Origin: Marinobacter sp.
GTDB lineage: Bacteria > Pseudomonadota > Gammaproteobacteria > Pseudomonadales > Oleiphilaceae
DNA: 64,000 nucleotides
Reading direction: 5' to 3'
NCBI GenBank assembly: GCA_029264995.1
Contig: JAJUKC010000004.1
Location: 406-64,405 of the forward strand
Made by a program: the position numbers and the translations under genes. Numbering within the stretch: the stretch's first letter is position 1; each line of letters begins with the position of its first letter. A model generated the notes under the pieces. The model saw nothing but the letters and a program-made list of their open reading frames with translations, did not search any database and was not told the origin of the DNA. Shown here one piece after another: positions 34,831 to 45,746 of this stretch.

Positions 34831-36762
34831 TTATTTAGCAGCCACCACTGTCGGGTATCCGAGCTGCTCCATTCGACGGGCAATGCTGCGACGAATACCG
34901 TCTGCATCCAGCCCACAGTCCCGCAGTAATTCCTTGTGCTGACCGTGCTCAACGAACGCATCCGGTAGCCCCAGTTGTAACACCGGCATGGAGACCTGGC
35001 GGGCATTCAGGAATTCCGTCACCGCGCTGCCGGCGCCACCGGCAACAACGTTTTCTTCCAGTGTGACCAGCAGGTCGTGGGTTTCCGCCAGTTCCAGTAC
35101 CAGAGCCTCATCCAGAGGCTTGACGAAGCGCATGTCGGCGACCGTGGCGCCCAGGGCTTCCGCAGCCTCCAGCCCCGGCGCCAGCAGGGTGCCGAAGTTG
35201 AGAATGGCGATACCGCTACCGTCGCGTACGCGCCGGCCCTTGCCGATGGGCAGCGGGGTGAGTTGCTGCTGGATTTCGGCACCGGGCCCGGTACCCCGAG
35301 GGTAGCGAACGGCGGCCGGGCCGCAGTATTCAAGGCCGGTATGAAGCAGCTGCCGGGTCTCGTTTTCGTCCGACGGCGTCATCACCAGCATGTTGGGAAT
35401 GCAGCGCAGATAGCTGATGTCGAAGGCGCCGGCATGGGTGGGGCCGTCTTCGCCGACCAGACCCGCACGATCAATGGCAAACAGGACATCCAGATTCTGG
35501 ATGGCGACATCATGCACCAGCTGGTCATAGGCCCGCTGCAGGAAGGTTGAGTAAATGGCCACGACCGGCTTGGCGCCATCGCAGGCCAGGCCAGCCGCCA
35601 GGGTGACCGCGTGCTGCTCGGCAATGGCGACATCAAAATAGCGGTCCGGGAAGCGCTCTGAAAATGCCAGCAGATCCGAGCCTTCACACATGGCGGGGGT
35701 AATTCCGGCTACCCGGCTGTCCTGCTCGGCGGCATCGCACAGCCACTGCCCGAAGACGTTGGCGTATTTCGGGCTGGCCGGTTTCGGCTTCACCGGTTCC
35801 GGCTTGCTGGCGGGCACCGGTTCGATCTTGTTGATGGCATGGTAGCCAATCGGATCCGCTTCGGCAGGCGCAAAGCCTTTGCCTTTGGTGGTGACCACGT
35901 GCAGGAACTGCGGGCCTTCCAGTTCCCGGATGTTCTCCAGAGTTTCCACCAGCAGGGGCAGGTCGTGACCGTCGATGGGGCCAATATAGTTGAAACCCAG
36001 CTCCTCAAACAGCGTGCCGGGCGCAATCATGCCCTTGAAATGTTCTTCGGTTTTCTTTGCCAGGGCCATCAGGTGAGGTGTGCCTTTAAGCACCTTCTTG
36101 CTGCTGTCGCGCACCTGATTGTAGGTGCGGCTGGAGAGCAGTTTGGCGAAATAGTTGGAAAGCCCGCCGACGTTGCGTGAAATCGACATGTCGTTGTCGT
36201 TCAGCACCACCAGCATGTCGGCATGAAGGTGGCCGGCATGGTTCAGGGCTTCAAAAGCCATGCCCGCGGTCATGGCGCCATCCCCGATAACGGCAATACT
36301 CTTGCGGCCGGTGTTCTGCATCCGGGCGGCGATCGCCATACCCAATGCCGCGCTGATGGATGTGCTCGAATGGCCTACGCCGAAGGTGTCGTATTCACTC
36401 TCTGCCCGCTTCGGGAAGCCGGCCAGGCCGCCTTTACGGCGAATGCTGCCCATTTGTTCCTTGCGACCGGTCAGGATCTTGTGGGGATAGGCCTGGTGGC
36501 CCACGTCCCATACCAGCCGGTCTTCGGGGGTATTGAACACGTAGTGCAGGGCCACCGTCAGCTCAAGCACACCAAGGCCTGCGCCGAAATGACCTCCAGT
36601 CTGGCCAACTGACCACAGCAAGAACGCTCGCAATTCCCTGGCCAGCCGGGGCAAGTCCTCTGCTGGCAGCTCACGCAGCTGGGATGGCACGTCTATCCGG
36701 TCGAGCAGTGGCGTATTGGGCCGCTGCGACGGGATTTCCCTGAAAATGTATGTGTCCTGCAT
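34831..36762 (-). CDS. dxs: 1-deoxy-D-xylulose-5-phosphate synthase
   Basis: [26 protein letters not shown] and [13 protein letters not shown]. Confidence 0.98.
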   Translation of the reverse strand: MQDTYIFREIPSQRPNTPLLDRIDVPSQLRELPAEDLPRLARELRAFLLWSVGQTGGHFGAGLGVLELTVALHYVFNTPEDRLVWDVGHQAYPHKILTGRKEQMGSIRRKGGLAGFPKRAESEYDTFGVGHSSTSISAALGMAIAARMQNTGRKSIAVIGDGAMTAGMAFEALNHAGHLHADMLVVLNDNDMSISRNVGGLSNYFAKLLSSRTYNQVRDSSKKVLKGTPHLMALAKKTEEHFKGMIAPGTLFEELGFNYIGPIDGHDLPLLVETLENIRELEGPQFLHVVTTKGKGFAPAEADPIGYHAINKIEPVPASKPEPVKPKPASPKYANVFGQWLCDAAEQDSRVAGITPAMCEGSDLLAFSERFPDRYFDVAIAEQHAVTLAAGLACDGAKPVVAIYSTFLQRAYDQLVHDVAIQNLDVLFAIDRAGLVGEDGPTHAGAFDISYLRCIPNMLVMTPSDENETRQLLHTGLEYCGPAAVRYPRGTGPGAEIQQQLTPLPIGKGRRVRDGSGIAILNFGTLLAPGLEAAEALGATVADMRFVKPLDEALVLELAETHDLLVTLEENVVAGGAGSAVTEFLNARQVSMPVLQLGLPDAFVEHGQHKELLRDCGLDADGIRRSIARRMEQLGYPTVVAAK

Positions 36763-36883
36763 CAGCTCGGGTCTTTATCGGAATGTGGGTTCTATGGCTG
36801 GCATTATAAGGGAACAGGCGGCCCGGTTTCATACATCCCGGGCCAGTTGTTACAAAATGGTGATGCTTTGGCCTTGAAATGAT

Positions 36884-37780
36884 TCAGTGGCTGCGCGCCA
36901 CCACGTAGTCAGCCATTGCCCTGAGGGTGTCGGCTTCCGGGCCGAAGCTCTCCAAGGCGCCCAGGGCTTCGTCAAGAAGCCGGTTCAGGTGCTGGCGCGC
37001 CCCGTCAATACCCAGTAATGCCGGATATGTGGGCTTTGCCTTGGCGGCATCAGAGCCCTGGCGTTTACCGATGACCTCGGTGTCGCCCTCAATGTCCAGA
37101 AGATCATCCTGCACCTGGAAAGCCAGCCCCAGTGCGCTGGCATAATCGGTCAGGTTGGTCAGCTGGCGCTCGGTCACGGTCTCGGAGGTGAGTGCACCCA
37201 GGCGAACACTCGCTTCGATCAGAGCTCCGGTTTTGTGCCGGTGCATGGCTTCCAGTTGCGCTACGCTCAGTTGCTGACCCACTGATTCCAGATCGATGGC
37301 CTGACCGCCAACCATACCCTGATGGCCACTGGCCCGGGCCAGCTCTGAAATCATGGCCACGCGTTGTCGGTCTGACAACGCTGGCGCATCTGACAGCAAC
37401 GCGAATGCCAGTGTTTGCAGCGCATCCCCGGCCAGAATGGCAGACGCTTCATCAAAGGCGATGTGGGCTGTTGGTCGGCCCCGGCGAAGATCATCATCGT
37501 CCATGGCCGGCAGGTCATCGTGGACCAGGGAATAGGCGTGAATCAGCTCCAGGGCGCAGGCTGGCGCCAGGGCCGCGCTTTCGTGGCTGCCCATAGCCCG
37601 GGCGGCTGCCATGCACAGGGCCGGGCGTACCCGTTTGCCGCCGCCCAGCACGCTGTAACGCATGGTTTCCTGGAGCCGTTCTGAGGTGGCGTTTCGGGTA
37701 AGGCTGCGGTCCAGTTCCTGATCGACCTGTTGGCGGCACTGGTCCAGATAGGCCTCTGCCTGGCGGATGCGATGGTCCAT
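36884..37780 (-). CDS. ispA: Farnesyl diphosphate synthase
   Basis: GGKRVRP, HDDLPAMDDDDLRRG and FQVQDDLLD. Confidence 0.96.
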   Translation of the reverse strand: MDHRIRQAEAYLDQCRQQVDQELDRSLTRNATSERLQETMRYSVLGGGKRVRPALCMAAARAMGSHESAALAPACALELIHAYSLVHDDLPAMDDDDLRRGRPTAHIAFDEASAILAGDALQTLAFALLSDAPALSDRQRVAMISELARASGHQGMVGGQAIDLESVGQQLSVAQLEAMHRHKTGALIEASVRLGALTSETVTERQLTNLTDYASALGLAFQVQDDLLDIEGDTEVIGKRQGSDAAKAKPTYPALLGIDGARQHLNRLLDEALGALESFGPEADTLRAMADYVVARSH

Positions 37781-38037
37781 CACTGCTCGTCGTCTGCCGA
37801 GAAAGGCCGGGTTTCCAGTGTGCCGTCACTGTTTTGTACCAACTGCTCAACCCGCTGTTCGGCGGATTTCAGGGCACTCTGGCATTCCCGTGTCAGTTTG
37901 ACGCCGCGCTCGAAAGCCGCCAGGGATTGTTCCAGGGACAGCTCGCCCTGTTCCAGGTCACGAACCAGTTGTTCCAGTTCGTTCAGGGATTTCTCAAAGT
38001 CGGCTATGGAAGCGCTGCTGGTGTTCTCGCCGGCCAT
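37780..38037 (-). CDS. xseB: Exodeoxyribonuclease VII small subunit
   Basis: [25 protein letters not shown]; upstream of ispA. Confidence 0.95.
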   Translation of the reverse strand: MAGENTSSASIADFEKSLNELEQLVRDLEQGELSLEQSLAAFERGVKLTRECQSALKSAEQRVEQLVQNSDGTLETRPFSADDEQ

Positions 38038-38095
38038 GGGGCGACCTCCGGTCGGGTGTTTCGGAAATTGCGCGGATTATATCAGAGTCGGTTTG

Positions 38096-38869
38096 CTATC
38101 GCTGCCAGCTGAAGTGCCGTTTTTCCAGTGTCTGGGCGTTGGGCCCCCAGGACTGTTCTGTCACCCTGACTTCGCCCTGTGCGTCCAGTGTAACGATGGT
38201 GGTGGCTCGTGTGCCGTAGTCACTGCCGACAATGAACGGTGACGATAAAAACCGTTCGGTCTCAAGTCCCACGCCGGTATCGGGAAGCATGGCGTCGGGT
38301 GCCGGGCTGGTGTCCTGAAGCAGGGGCAGGAGCTCGGCGTGCAAAGCCTCGGTACGGTCGCTCGCCGCTTCAACCACGGAGGCAAAGGCCGTTCTCAGGC
38401 GCAGCAGTTTGGGCCAGGGTGTCTGTAAGAGATGGTTGCTCAGACCAAAGCTGCCACGGAATAGTTGGCGCCCGGGGTGCGCGTCGCGGTTACTGTAATA
38501 CCAGCCACCGCGCTCTGTCAGAGACACCAGGTTAAAGCCGGCGTACCGATCAGGCTCGCTGTTCAAAGCGGCGCCCAGTGCGCTGGTGGGTTCTGCCAGC
38601 GCACGAACGGGAAGCTCGCCCCGGCTGGCGCGACCGGTTTCCGGGCTGCCCTCCCGCACATTGGTGACGGCGGCGACCTGACCGTCCGTGCTGATGGCCA
38701 GCCAGGTTCCGCCGGAAGCAAGATCCCGACCTGCCAGGATGTGCTGGCCGTTGTCGGCCTGCCACCAGTCCATGGCGGCCGTAGGGCGGCGGAAAAATTC
38801 ATCCCGATTGGCAGCAACCACCAGGGGAAAACGGGGGTTCTGGCCGATGGCAAAGGCAATTAGGCACAT
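38096..38869 (-). CDS. NRDE/TANGO2 family protein
   Basis: Starts MCLIAF; ANRDEF..RPT, GGTW, SN..L.TPWPK and YGTR. Confidence 0.92.
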   Translation of the reverse strand: MCLIAFAIGQNPRFPLVVAANRDEFFRRPTAAMDWWQADNGQHILAGRDLASGGTWLAISTDGQVAAVTNVREGSPETGRASRGELPVRALAEPTSALGAALNSEPDRYAGFNLVSLTERGGWYYSNRDAHPGRQLFRGSFGLSNHLLQTPWPKLLRLRTAFASVVEAASDRTEALHAELLPLLQDTSPAPDAMLPDTGVGLETERFLSSPFIVGSDYGTRATTIVTLDAQGEVRVTEQSWGPNAQTLEKRHFSWQR

Positions 38870-38961
38870 GGGTGAACGGAATTCCTCGGATGCGTGGGCT
38901 GAAGTTGCAGGCATTCCTGCGTATCATACCAGCCTGATCTGAGCCGGGGTGGTCTGTAACC

Positions 38962-39759
38962 ATGAGCATGATAGGCATCATCATACTGTATCTTTTATTG
39001 GGCGCACTGGCGGGCACCATGGCCGGTCTGTTTGGCATTGGTGGCGGACTGGTGATTGTGCCCGTGCTGATCTTCAGTTTCGGGCTACAGGGCATCAGCC
39101 CGGAGATTGCCGCCCATCTTGCGGTGGGTACGTCGTTGGCCACCATTGTGTTCACCTCCATCAGTTCCATCCGCACCCACCACCAGCATGGCGCGGTGCG
39201 CTGGGATCTGTTTCGCCCCATGACCGTTGGTATTGTGGTCGGTGCCGTGCTTGGTGCCTGGACCGCGGCCATGCTGAGCGGCCCGGTGCTGGAAACCATT
39301 ATCGGGGTGTTTGTCATTCTGGTGGCACTGAAGATGATCCTCGAGGTCAATCCGAAGCCGGGGCGGGACGTTCCGGGCACCACCGGGCTGGGTGCTGCCG
39401 GCGGCATCATTGGCTGGGCGTCGGCTATCTTCGGTATTGGTGGCGGCACCCTGACCGTGCCCTATTTAAGCTGGTGCAACGTCAAAATGCAGCAGGCGGT
39501 GGCGACTTCGGCGGCCTGCGGCTTCCCGATTGCAATTGCGGGCGCCCTGGCCAATATCTGGACCGGCTGGCAGGATCCCCATCTGCCCGAGCTGAGTCTT
39601 GGTTTTATCTACCTGCCGGCGTTGGTGGGTGTGGTCGCCACCAGTGTGTTCTTTGCACGCATCGGCGCCGGGCTGGCCCATCGTCTGGATGGACGCCTGC
39701 TCAAGCGCATCTTTGCCATTATGCTGGTTCTGGTTGGTTTACGGTTTCTTCTGAGCTGA
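38962..39759 (+). CDS. TauE/SafE (TSUP) family membrane transporter
   Basis: Two GIGGG repeats, about 8 TM helices, AVGTSLA. Confidence 0.9.
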   Translation: MSMIGIIILYLLLGALAGTMAGLFGIGGGLVIVPVLIFSFGLQGISPEIAAHLAVGTSLATIVFTSISSIRTHHQHGAVRWDLFRPMTVGIVVGAVLGAWTAAMLSGPVLETIIGVFVILVALKMILEVNPKPGRDVPGTTGLGAAGGIIGWASAIFGIGGGTLTVPYLSWCNVKMQQAVATSAACGFPIAIAGALANIWTGWQDPHLPELSLGFIYLPALVGVVATSVFFARIGAGLAHRLDGRLLKRIFAIMLVLVGLRFLLS

Positions 39760-39769
39760 GAGAGCATTC

Positions 39770-40558
39770 ATGCTGCAACATCCACAGTTTGACCCGGTGG
39801 CGATCGCCCTTGGGCCGTTGAAAATCCACTGGTATGGCCTGACCTATCTGGTCGGGTTTGCCGCCGGCTGGTGGCTGGGCCGTCTCCGGTCCCGCAAGCC
39901 CTGGTCGCCACTGCAGGAAGAGCAGGTGGGTGATCTGCTGTTCTATATGGCCCTGGGTGTGATTCTCGGTGGCCGCTTTGGCTACGTAGTGTTCTATAAC
40001 TTTGATGCCTTTATTGCGGACCCACTCTGGTTGCTCCGGGTATGGGAAGGCGGTATGTCTTTCCACGGCGGCCTGCTGGGGGTGATGCTGGCCATGTGGT
40101 GGTATGGCCGCAAAACCGGAGCCGGGTTCTGGAAAATCGCCGATTTTGTCGCGCCCTTGGTCCCGGTTGGACTGGGTGCCGGGCGAATCGGAAATTTCAT
40201 CAACGGCGAACTCTGGGGAAAACCGACAGACGTAGCCTGGGGCATGGTCTTTCCGCAGGCGCCAGACAGCCTTGCCAGGCACCCGTCGCAGTTATATCAG
40301 TTCGCGCTGGAAGGGGTGGCCCTGTTCGTGATTCTCTGGTGGTTCTCCTCCAGGCCCCGCCCGAAAATGGCGGTGTCCGGCCTGTTTCTGGTCTGCTACG
40401 GCATCTTCCGCTTCCTGGTGGAGTTCGTTCGTCAGCCAGATCCCCAGTTGGGTTACCTGGCCTTTGACTGGCTTACGATGGGGCAGGTGCTGTCTACACC
40501 CATGATTGCCGCCGGCGCCGCCCTGATGTTCCTTGCTTACCGGAGAAACGCCCAATGA
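39770..40558 (+). CDS. lgt: Prolipoprotein diacylglyceryl transferase
   Basis: [31 protein letters not shown] and HPSQLY. Confidence 0.97.
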   Translation: MLQHPQFDPVAIALGPLKIHWYGLTYLVGFAAGWWLGRLRSRKPWSPLQEEQVGDLLFYMALGVILGGRFGYVVFYNFDAFIADPLWLLRVWEGGMSFHGGLLGVMLAMWWYGRKTGAGFWKIADFVAPLVPVGLGAGRIGNFINGELWGKPTDVAWGMVFPQAPDSLARHPSQLYQFALEGVALFVILWWFSSRPRPKMAVSGLFLVCYGIFRFLVEFVRQPDPQLGYLAFDWLTMGQVLSTPMIAAGAALMFLAYRRNAQ

Positions 40559-41394
40559 AAGCCTACCTCGACTTGATGCAGGATGTTGTCGACAACGGAT
40601 TCGACAAAGGTGATCGCACCGGCGTAGGCACCCGCTCGGTGTTCGGTCGCCAGATGCGTTTCAATCTGCAGGACGGCTTCCCGCTGGTGACGACCAAGAA
40701 AGTGCACCTGCGCAGCATCATTTATGAACTGCTGTGGTTCCTCAAGGGCTCCACCGACAACACCTGGCTGGCGGAACGCAAAGTCAGCATCTGGAATGAG
40801 TGGGCGCTGGAAAACGGCGATCTGGGGCCGATCTACGGCAAGCAGTGGCGCAGCTGGCAATGCCACGACGGCCGCGTGATTGACCAGATCAGCGAGGTAA
40901 TCGAGCAGATTCGTACCAAGCCCAACTCCCGCCGCCTGATCGTCTCCGCCTGGAATCCGGCTGAGCTGCCGGATGAGTCCATCAGTCCGCAGGACAACGT
41001 GCGGGAGGGGCGCATGGCCCTCGCGCCTTGCCACTGTCTGTTTCAGTTCTATGTCGCCGACGGCAAGCTGTCTTGCCAGCTCTACCAGCGCAGTGCCGAC
41101 CTGTTCCTGGGTGTGCCCTTCAACATCGCCAGCTATGCCCTTCTAACCCACATGATCGCCCAGCAGTGTGACCTGGAGGTAGGTGAGTTCGTCCACACCT
41201 TCGGCGACTGCCACCTGTACAGCAATCACCTGACCGACGACATCGTATTCGAGCAGTTGAAGCGTGAGCCCCGCGCGTTGCCGAAGCTGGTCATCAAGCG
41301 TAAACCGGAATCCATCTTCGACTACGAGCTGGAAGATTTCGAGTTTGAAGGTTACGACCCGTACCCCGTGATCAAAGCCCCTATAGCGATTTGA
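40555..41394 (+). CDS. thyA: Thymidylate synthase
   Basis: [20 protein letters not shown] and [14 protein letters not shown]. Confidence 0.97.
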   Translation: MKAYLDLMQDVVDNGFDKGDRTGVGTRSVFGRQMRFNLQDGFPLVTTKKVHLRSIIYELLWFLKGSTDNTWLAERKVSIWNEWALENGDLGPIYGKQWRSWQCHDGRVIDQISEVIEQIRTKPNSRRLIVSAWNPAELPDESISPQDNVREGRMALAPCHCLFQFYVADGKLSCQLYQRSADLFLGVPFNIASYALLTHMIAQQCDLEVGEFVHTFGDCHLYSNHLTDDIVFEQLKREPRALPKLVIKRKPESIFDYELEDFEFEGYDPYPVIKAPIAI

Positions 41395-41408
41395 CCAAGG
41401 AACCCGTT

Positions 41409-41924
41409 ATGCGCAAGGCCCTCATCGTAGCTATGGCCCGAAACCGGGTGATCGGCCGGAATAACAAGCTGCCCTGGTATCTGCCAGGTGATCTGCGCTA
41501 CTTCAAGCAGGCCACCATGGGCAAGCCCATTATCATGGGCAGAAAGACCTGGGACTCCATCGGCCGGCCCTTACCCGGGCGGATGAACGTGGTGATTTCC
41601 AGAAATCCGGAATGGCAGGCGCCAGCCGGAACCGTTGCCGCAGCGTCGCTGAACGAAGCGTTGCTGAAAGCGGAGGCCCAGGCGGAGCTTGAAGGTGGTG
41701 ATGAAGTGATGATTATTGGTGGCGGCCAGATCTACGCCGAAGCATTGCCAATGGTCGACCGGATATACATCACCCAGGTGCACGCCGAGGTGGACGGAGA
41801 TGCTTTCTTTCCGGAAGTGAACTGGGACGAGTGGGAAGAGATCGGACGCGAAGATTTCTCCGCGTCTGACAACAATCCTTACGACTACAGCTTTGTCGTC
41901 TACCAGCGTAGCCGGTCAGAGTGA
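41409..41924 (+). CDS. folA: Dihydrofolate reductase
   Basis: LPW..PGDL, IMGRKTW, RPLPGR and IIGGGQIY. Confidence 0.96.
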   Translation: MRKALIVAMARNRVIGRNNKLPWYLPGDLRYFKQATMGKPIIMGRKTWDSIGRPLPGRMNVVISRNPEWQAPAGTVAAASLNEALLKAEAQAELEGGDEVMIIGGGQIYAEALPMVDRIYITQVHAEVDGDAFFPEVNWDEWEEIGREDFSASDNNPYDYSFVVYQRSRSE

Positions 41925-41943
41925 CCGGCTAGCCAATTAGGCC

Positions 41944-43470
41944 TCAGCGCGGAGCGCGCTTGGGGCCTTTTCCTGCAGGCTTGCCGCCCTTTCCGGCGGG
42001 CTTGCCACCTTTCGGCCCGCTCTTGCGGAAGCCCGGTTTGCCATCCTTGCTGAACTTCTTGCCAGGGCCGCCTTTGCGGAAACCGCCTTTGCCCGGTGGC
42101 GGGCCTTTACGGTCCCGGCGAGGCGCGGCGGAAATCTCCGGCAGTGCTTCCGGTTGCTCCAATGGCAGAGAATCGGGCTGGGAGGCTTCCAGCAAGCAGG
42201 CCATGGCGCCGGCGATGGCGGCCATGTCCATGTCGTTACGTTCGGCGATCTCGTCCAGCAGGGCGATGGCCTTGGCGGCGCGAGGATCGTCGGTGAAGCC
42301 CAGCAGCTGCGCCTCAAACTGTTCAACCCGCATTTTCTGCAGGGCGGCAGGTGACGGCAGCTGGTACGGTTCCATCGGGGAGTTGGTGGCCCGCTCCAGA
42401 GTGCGCAGCCAGCTCCGCTCACGCGGAGTTACCAGCAGGATAGCCTTGCCAGTACGGCCGGCACGGCCAGTACGGCCAACCCGGTGGATGTAGGCCTCGG
42501 TGTCGTAGGGCACGTCGTAGTTGATAACGTGAGTAATCCGGGGCACGTCCAGACCACGGGCGGCGACGTCGGTGGCAATGATGATGTCTTTCTTGCCACG
42601 CTTGAGGTCTTCAACGGTCTGTTCGCGCTGGCGCTGGTTCAGGTCGCCGCTCAGGGGCGCCACAGCATGGCCGCGCGCGGACAGTTTCTCTGCCAGCATG
42701 GTGGTTTCGGCCTTGGTACGCACGAAAATGATCGAGGCGTCGAAGGGCTCAACTTCCAGAATGCGGGTCAGCGCATCCAGCTTGCGCTCGGCGTAGACCG
42801 GCAGCACGAACTGGGCGATCCGCTCAACCGTGCGGGTTTCGCTCTCGATTTTTACTTCGGTGGCGTTCTTCAGGTAGGTCTGCGCCACTTTCTTGATCTG
42901 TGGCGGCATGGTGGCCGAGAACAGCGCGCGCTGACAGGTGTCCGGCGTCTTCGCCAGAATGGCTTCCACGTCATCAATAAAGCCCATGCGCAGCATTTCG
43001 TCGGCTTCGTCCAGCACCAGTGCCTTCAGTCCGTCCAGCTTCAGGGTGCCCTTGCGCAGATGGTCGAGCATGCGGCCAGGTGTGCCCACAATAACCTGGG
43101 CGCCACGCTTGAGGCCGCGAATCTGAGGCGAGAAATCCTGGCCTCCGTAAATTGGCAGAACATGAAAATTGCGGAACTTGCTGGCGTAGGTGGTGAACGC
43201 CTCCGCGACCTGGATAGCCAGTTCCCGGGTAGGGGCCAGCACCAGAATCTGTGGCTCGGCCACGTTAGCATCAATCCGGCTCAGTAACGGCAGGGCGAAG
43301 GCTGCGGTCTTGCCGGTACCGGTCTGGGCCACGCCCAGCAGGTGGTTGCCGGCCAGCAGAGCAGGGATGGATTGCGCCTGGATGGGCGACGGGGTTTCAT
43401 AGCCAACGGCGGAGACGGCTTCCAGTACTGCTGGATCCAGCCCCAGTTCGGCAAAAGACAATTCTGACAT
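41944..43470 (-). CDS. DEAD-box RNA helicase, DeaD/CsdA-like, with a basic Gly/Lys tail
   Basis: AQTGTGKT, PTRELA, DEADEML, SAT, ARGLD and HRVGRTGRAG. Confidence 0.92.
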   Translation of the reverse strand: MSELSFAELGLDPAVLEAVSAVGYETPSPIQAQSIPALLAGNHLLGVAQTGTGKTAAFALPLLSRIDANVAEPQILVLAPTRELAIQVAEAFTTYASKFRNFHVLPIYGGQDFSPQIRGLKRGAQVIVGTPGRMLDHLRKGTLKLDGLKALVLDEADEMLRMGFIDDVEAILAKTPDTCQRALFSATMPPQIKKVAQTYLKNATEVKIESETRTVERIAQFVLPVYAERKLDALTRILEVEPFDASIIFVRTKAETTMLAEKLSARGHAVAPLSGDLNQRQREQTVEDLKRGKKDIIIATDVAARGLDVPRITHVINYDVPYDTEAYIHRVGRTGRAGRTGKAILLVTPRERSWLRTLERATNSPMEPYQLPSPAALQKMRVEQFEAQLLGFTDDPRAAKAIALLDEIAERNDMDMAAIAGAMACLLEASQPDSLPLEQPEALPEISAAPRRDRKGPPPGKGGFRKGGPGKKFSKDGKPGFRKSGPKGGKPAGKGGKPAGKGPKRAPR

Positions 43471-43668
43471 GAATGTACTCGGTATTCGGAGGGTATCGCA
43501 CTGCAAAGGCAATGCATGATTTTGGCGCATTATAGTCTGTTTGGGGTGGTTTTTATACGACTATTGCCAGGCAATCGATAGGTAGTTGCCGGGGCCGGCC
43601 TATTGTCAGGCCTCGACAAGTGGTGCAGTCTTACCGGTTTGCAGGCTAATGAACAGGATCTGAAGCAA

Positions 43669-44457
43669 ATGACGTTCGATGATCTTCTCGGTGATGTCCG
43701 GAATAACGACGAAGTGGTGATACCGTCAGACTGGGGCCAGGGGCGCGCCACGTTCGGCGGCCTGGTCGCGGCCCTGGTGTTCGAGGTGATGGAATCGAAA
43801 GTGGCGGATGGTCGTGCCATGCGGGCGCTTCAGGTGTCTTTTGTCGGACCGGTAGAAGCGGATGTGCCGGCCCGTGTTGAGGCCGAAGTCCTGCGTGAAG
43901 GCAAGGCAGTATCCCAGGTCCAGGGGCGGATCCTTCAGAATGGCGAGCCATGCCTTGTCTGTCTGGCCAGTTTCGGGGGCGACCGTGAGTCTGCTGTCCG
44001 AGTGGCGCCGACGTCGGCACCGGAAGCGGTGCCGGCAGAGCAGTGTCAGTCACTTCCCTATATCCCGAAAGTGACGCCGGAGTTTACCCGGCATATCGAA
44101 ATGCGCTGGGCGTTTGGCCACATGCCATTCTCCGGTAAGGGCGGGCGCGAAATGGGGGGCTGGATGAAGTTCCGGGAAGCCCCGGAGACTATGACCGACG
44201 CCCACATTGTTGCTCTGGTTGATGCCTGGCCACCGGCGCTGTTGCCGCATCTCAAGGGGCCGGCGCCAGCCAGTTCCCTGAGCTGGGCGCTGGAGATTGT
44301 CCATCCCAGGCCGGCCATGAAGCCGGATGACTGGCTGCTATATCGCGCAACCATCGACCAGGCCGGTGCTGGATATGGTCATACCCATGCCGGCATCTGG
44401 ACTCCGGCCGGTGAACTGGTGGCCCTGAGCCGGCAAACGGTTACGGTATTCGGCTGA
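43669..44457 (+). CDS. TesB-like acyl-CoA thioesterase (double hot-dog fold)
   Basis: WGQGRATFGG, LREGK, DAWPP and a C-terminal SRQT. Confidence 0.85.
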   Translation: MTFDDLLGDVRNNDEVVIPSDWGQGRATFGGLVAALVFEVMESKVADGRAMRALQVSFVGPVEADVPARVEAEVLREGKAVSQVQGRILQNGEPCLVCLASFGGDRESAVRVAPTSAPEAVPAEQCQSLPYIPKVTPEFTRHIEMRWAFGHMPFSGKGGREMGGWMKFREAPETMTDAHIVALVDAWPPALLPHLKGPAPASSLSWALEIVHPRPAMKPDDWLLYRATIDQAGAGYGHTHAGIWTPAGELVALSRQTVTVFG

Positions 44458-44475
44458 GTGAGGCGGGCCTGGCTA

Positions 44476-45375
44476 TCAGGCCGCCATCTCGGCTTTGAGC
44501 GCGTCCAGAATGACCCGGGCAAACTGTCGGGGGGAATCTTCCTGCAGGAAGTGTCCGCCGTTGAGTGTGATATGGGGCTGGCCGAAAGCCCCGGGGATTC
44601 GCCGCTGCATATAACGGTCGCCACCCCGGGTAATCGGGTCGCCACTGCTGAAGCAGGTGATAAACGGTTTGCGCCATTTCTCCAGCACGCGCCAGGCTTC
44701 CCGGTTGGCGGCACTGGCCGGGTCGCTGGGCGACGTTGGCACCAGGGCCGGAAACGCCCGGGCTCCGGCTTTGTAATCCGGTGTTGGAAATGGGGCTTCG
44801 TAGGCGGCTATTTCGGCCGGGCTGAGGGACCGTTCGGTACCAAGCTGGACGATCCTGCCTATCGGAAACCAGGGGCTATGGCTGGCAAAGGCCTTCCAGA
44901 GTCTGAACACGGCCGGCACCCGGGTGTCCCCCGTTGGCAGCATGCCGTTGCCGACAATGATCCGGCTGAACCGGCGATGACGCTCTGCCGCCAGCCTCAA
45001 TCCCAGTAGTGAGCCCCAGTTCTGACACACCAGTGTGACGTTGGTCAGGTCCAGTGTTTCAAGCCAGTGGGTCAGCCAGGTCATGTGGCTGTCATAACTG
45101 TAGTTGCTGACATCGGCGGGTTTGTCTGACTTGCCAAAACCAATCAGATCCGGCGCCAGAACCCGGTGGCCCGCTTCGGCGACAAGCGGAATCATGTGCC
45201 GGTAGAGATAGGACCAGGATGGCTCCCCATGAAGCATCACCACTGGGGCCGCGTGGGCTGGGCCTTCGTCTACATAGTGCATCCGCAGGCCTGGCTCGAC
45301 ATCCAGATAGTGTGCTGAAAAAGGGTAATCCGGGAGGCCTGCGAAGCGGGCTTCGTCGGTTCTCAGAATACGCAT
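44476..45375 (-). CDS. Haloalkane dehalogenase (DhlA-type) with Asn at the nucleophile position
   Basis: MHYVDEG, HGEPSWSYLYR, PDLIGFGKSDKP, CQNWG (normally QDWG), GARAFP and GHFLQED. Confidence 0.9.
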   Translation of the reverse strand: MRILRTDEARFAGLPDYPFSAHYLDVEPGLRMHYVDEGPAHAAPVVMLHGEPSWSYLYRHMIPLVAEAGHRVLAPDLIGFGKSDKPADVSNYSYDSHMTWLTHWLETLDLTNVTLVCQNWGSLLGLRLAAERHRRFSRIIVGNGMLPTGDTRVPAVFRLWKAFASHSPWFPIGRIVQLGTERSLSPAEIAAYEAPFPTPDYKAGARAFPALVPTSPSDPASAANREAWRVLEKWRKPFITCFSSGDPITRGGDRYMQRRIPGAFGQPHITLNGGHFLQEDSPRQFARVILDALKAEMAA

Positions 45376-45497
45376 GCCATCGACTGTCCTGACTGAGTGG
45401 TTGCGTGATTATCGGTACGACAATCGTCGAAGGTCAGGATAAATCAGATGGGAATTTTGTGTGTTTGAGTTGCGTAACAGAGCGTTGCCGGTTTGAA

Positions 45498-45746
45498 TCA
45501 GGATGCGATGTCAAACAGGCGTTCTGGGTTTTCCACCTGGGCCAGAGCCTCGTCGCAGCAGTTCACCGCGCCGCAGTCGTCCGCGGAGCACAGACCGATG
45601 GTGTTGCACTCAATGGCCTGATGGGCGTCGCCCTGGTTACGGAAAATTCTGGCGCGAGAGAGAATGGAATGGCAATGCCCGCACAACAGGGTGGGCACGG
45701 CGCTCCCCTGGGCCAGGATAGCAGTGTAATGGTTGTTGTCTGTCAT
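45498..45746 (-). CDS. Small Cys-rich hypothetical protein (putative zinc ribbon)
   Basis: 82 aa, 7 Cys, strong AGGAGGA RBS, fills an otherwise empty gap. Confidence 0.7.
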   Translation of the reverse strand: MTDNNHYTAILAQGSAVPTLLCGHCHSILSRARIFRNQGDAHQAIECNTIGLCSADDCGAVNCCDEALAQVENPERLFDIAS

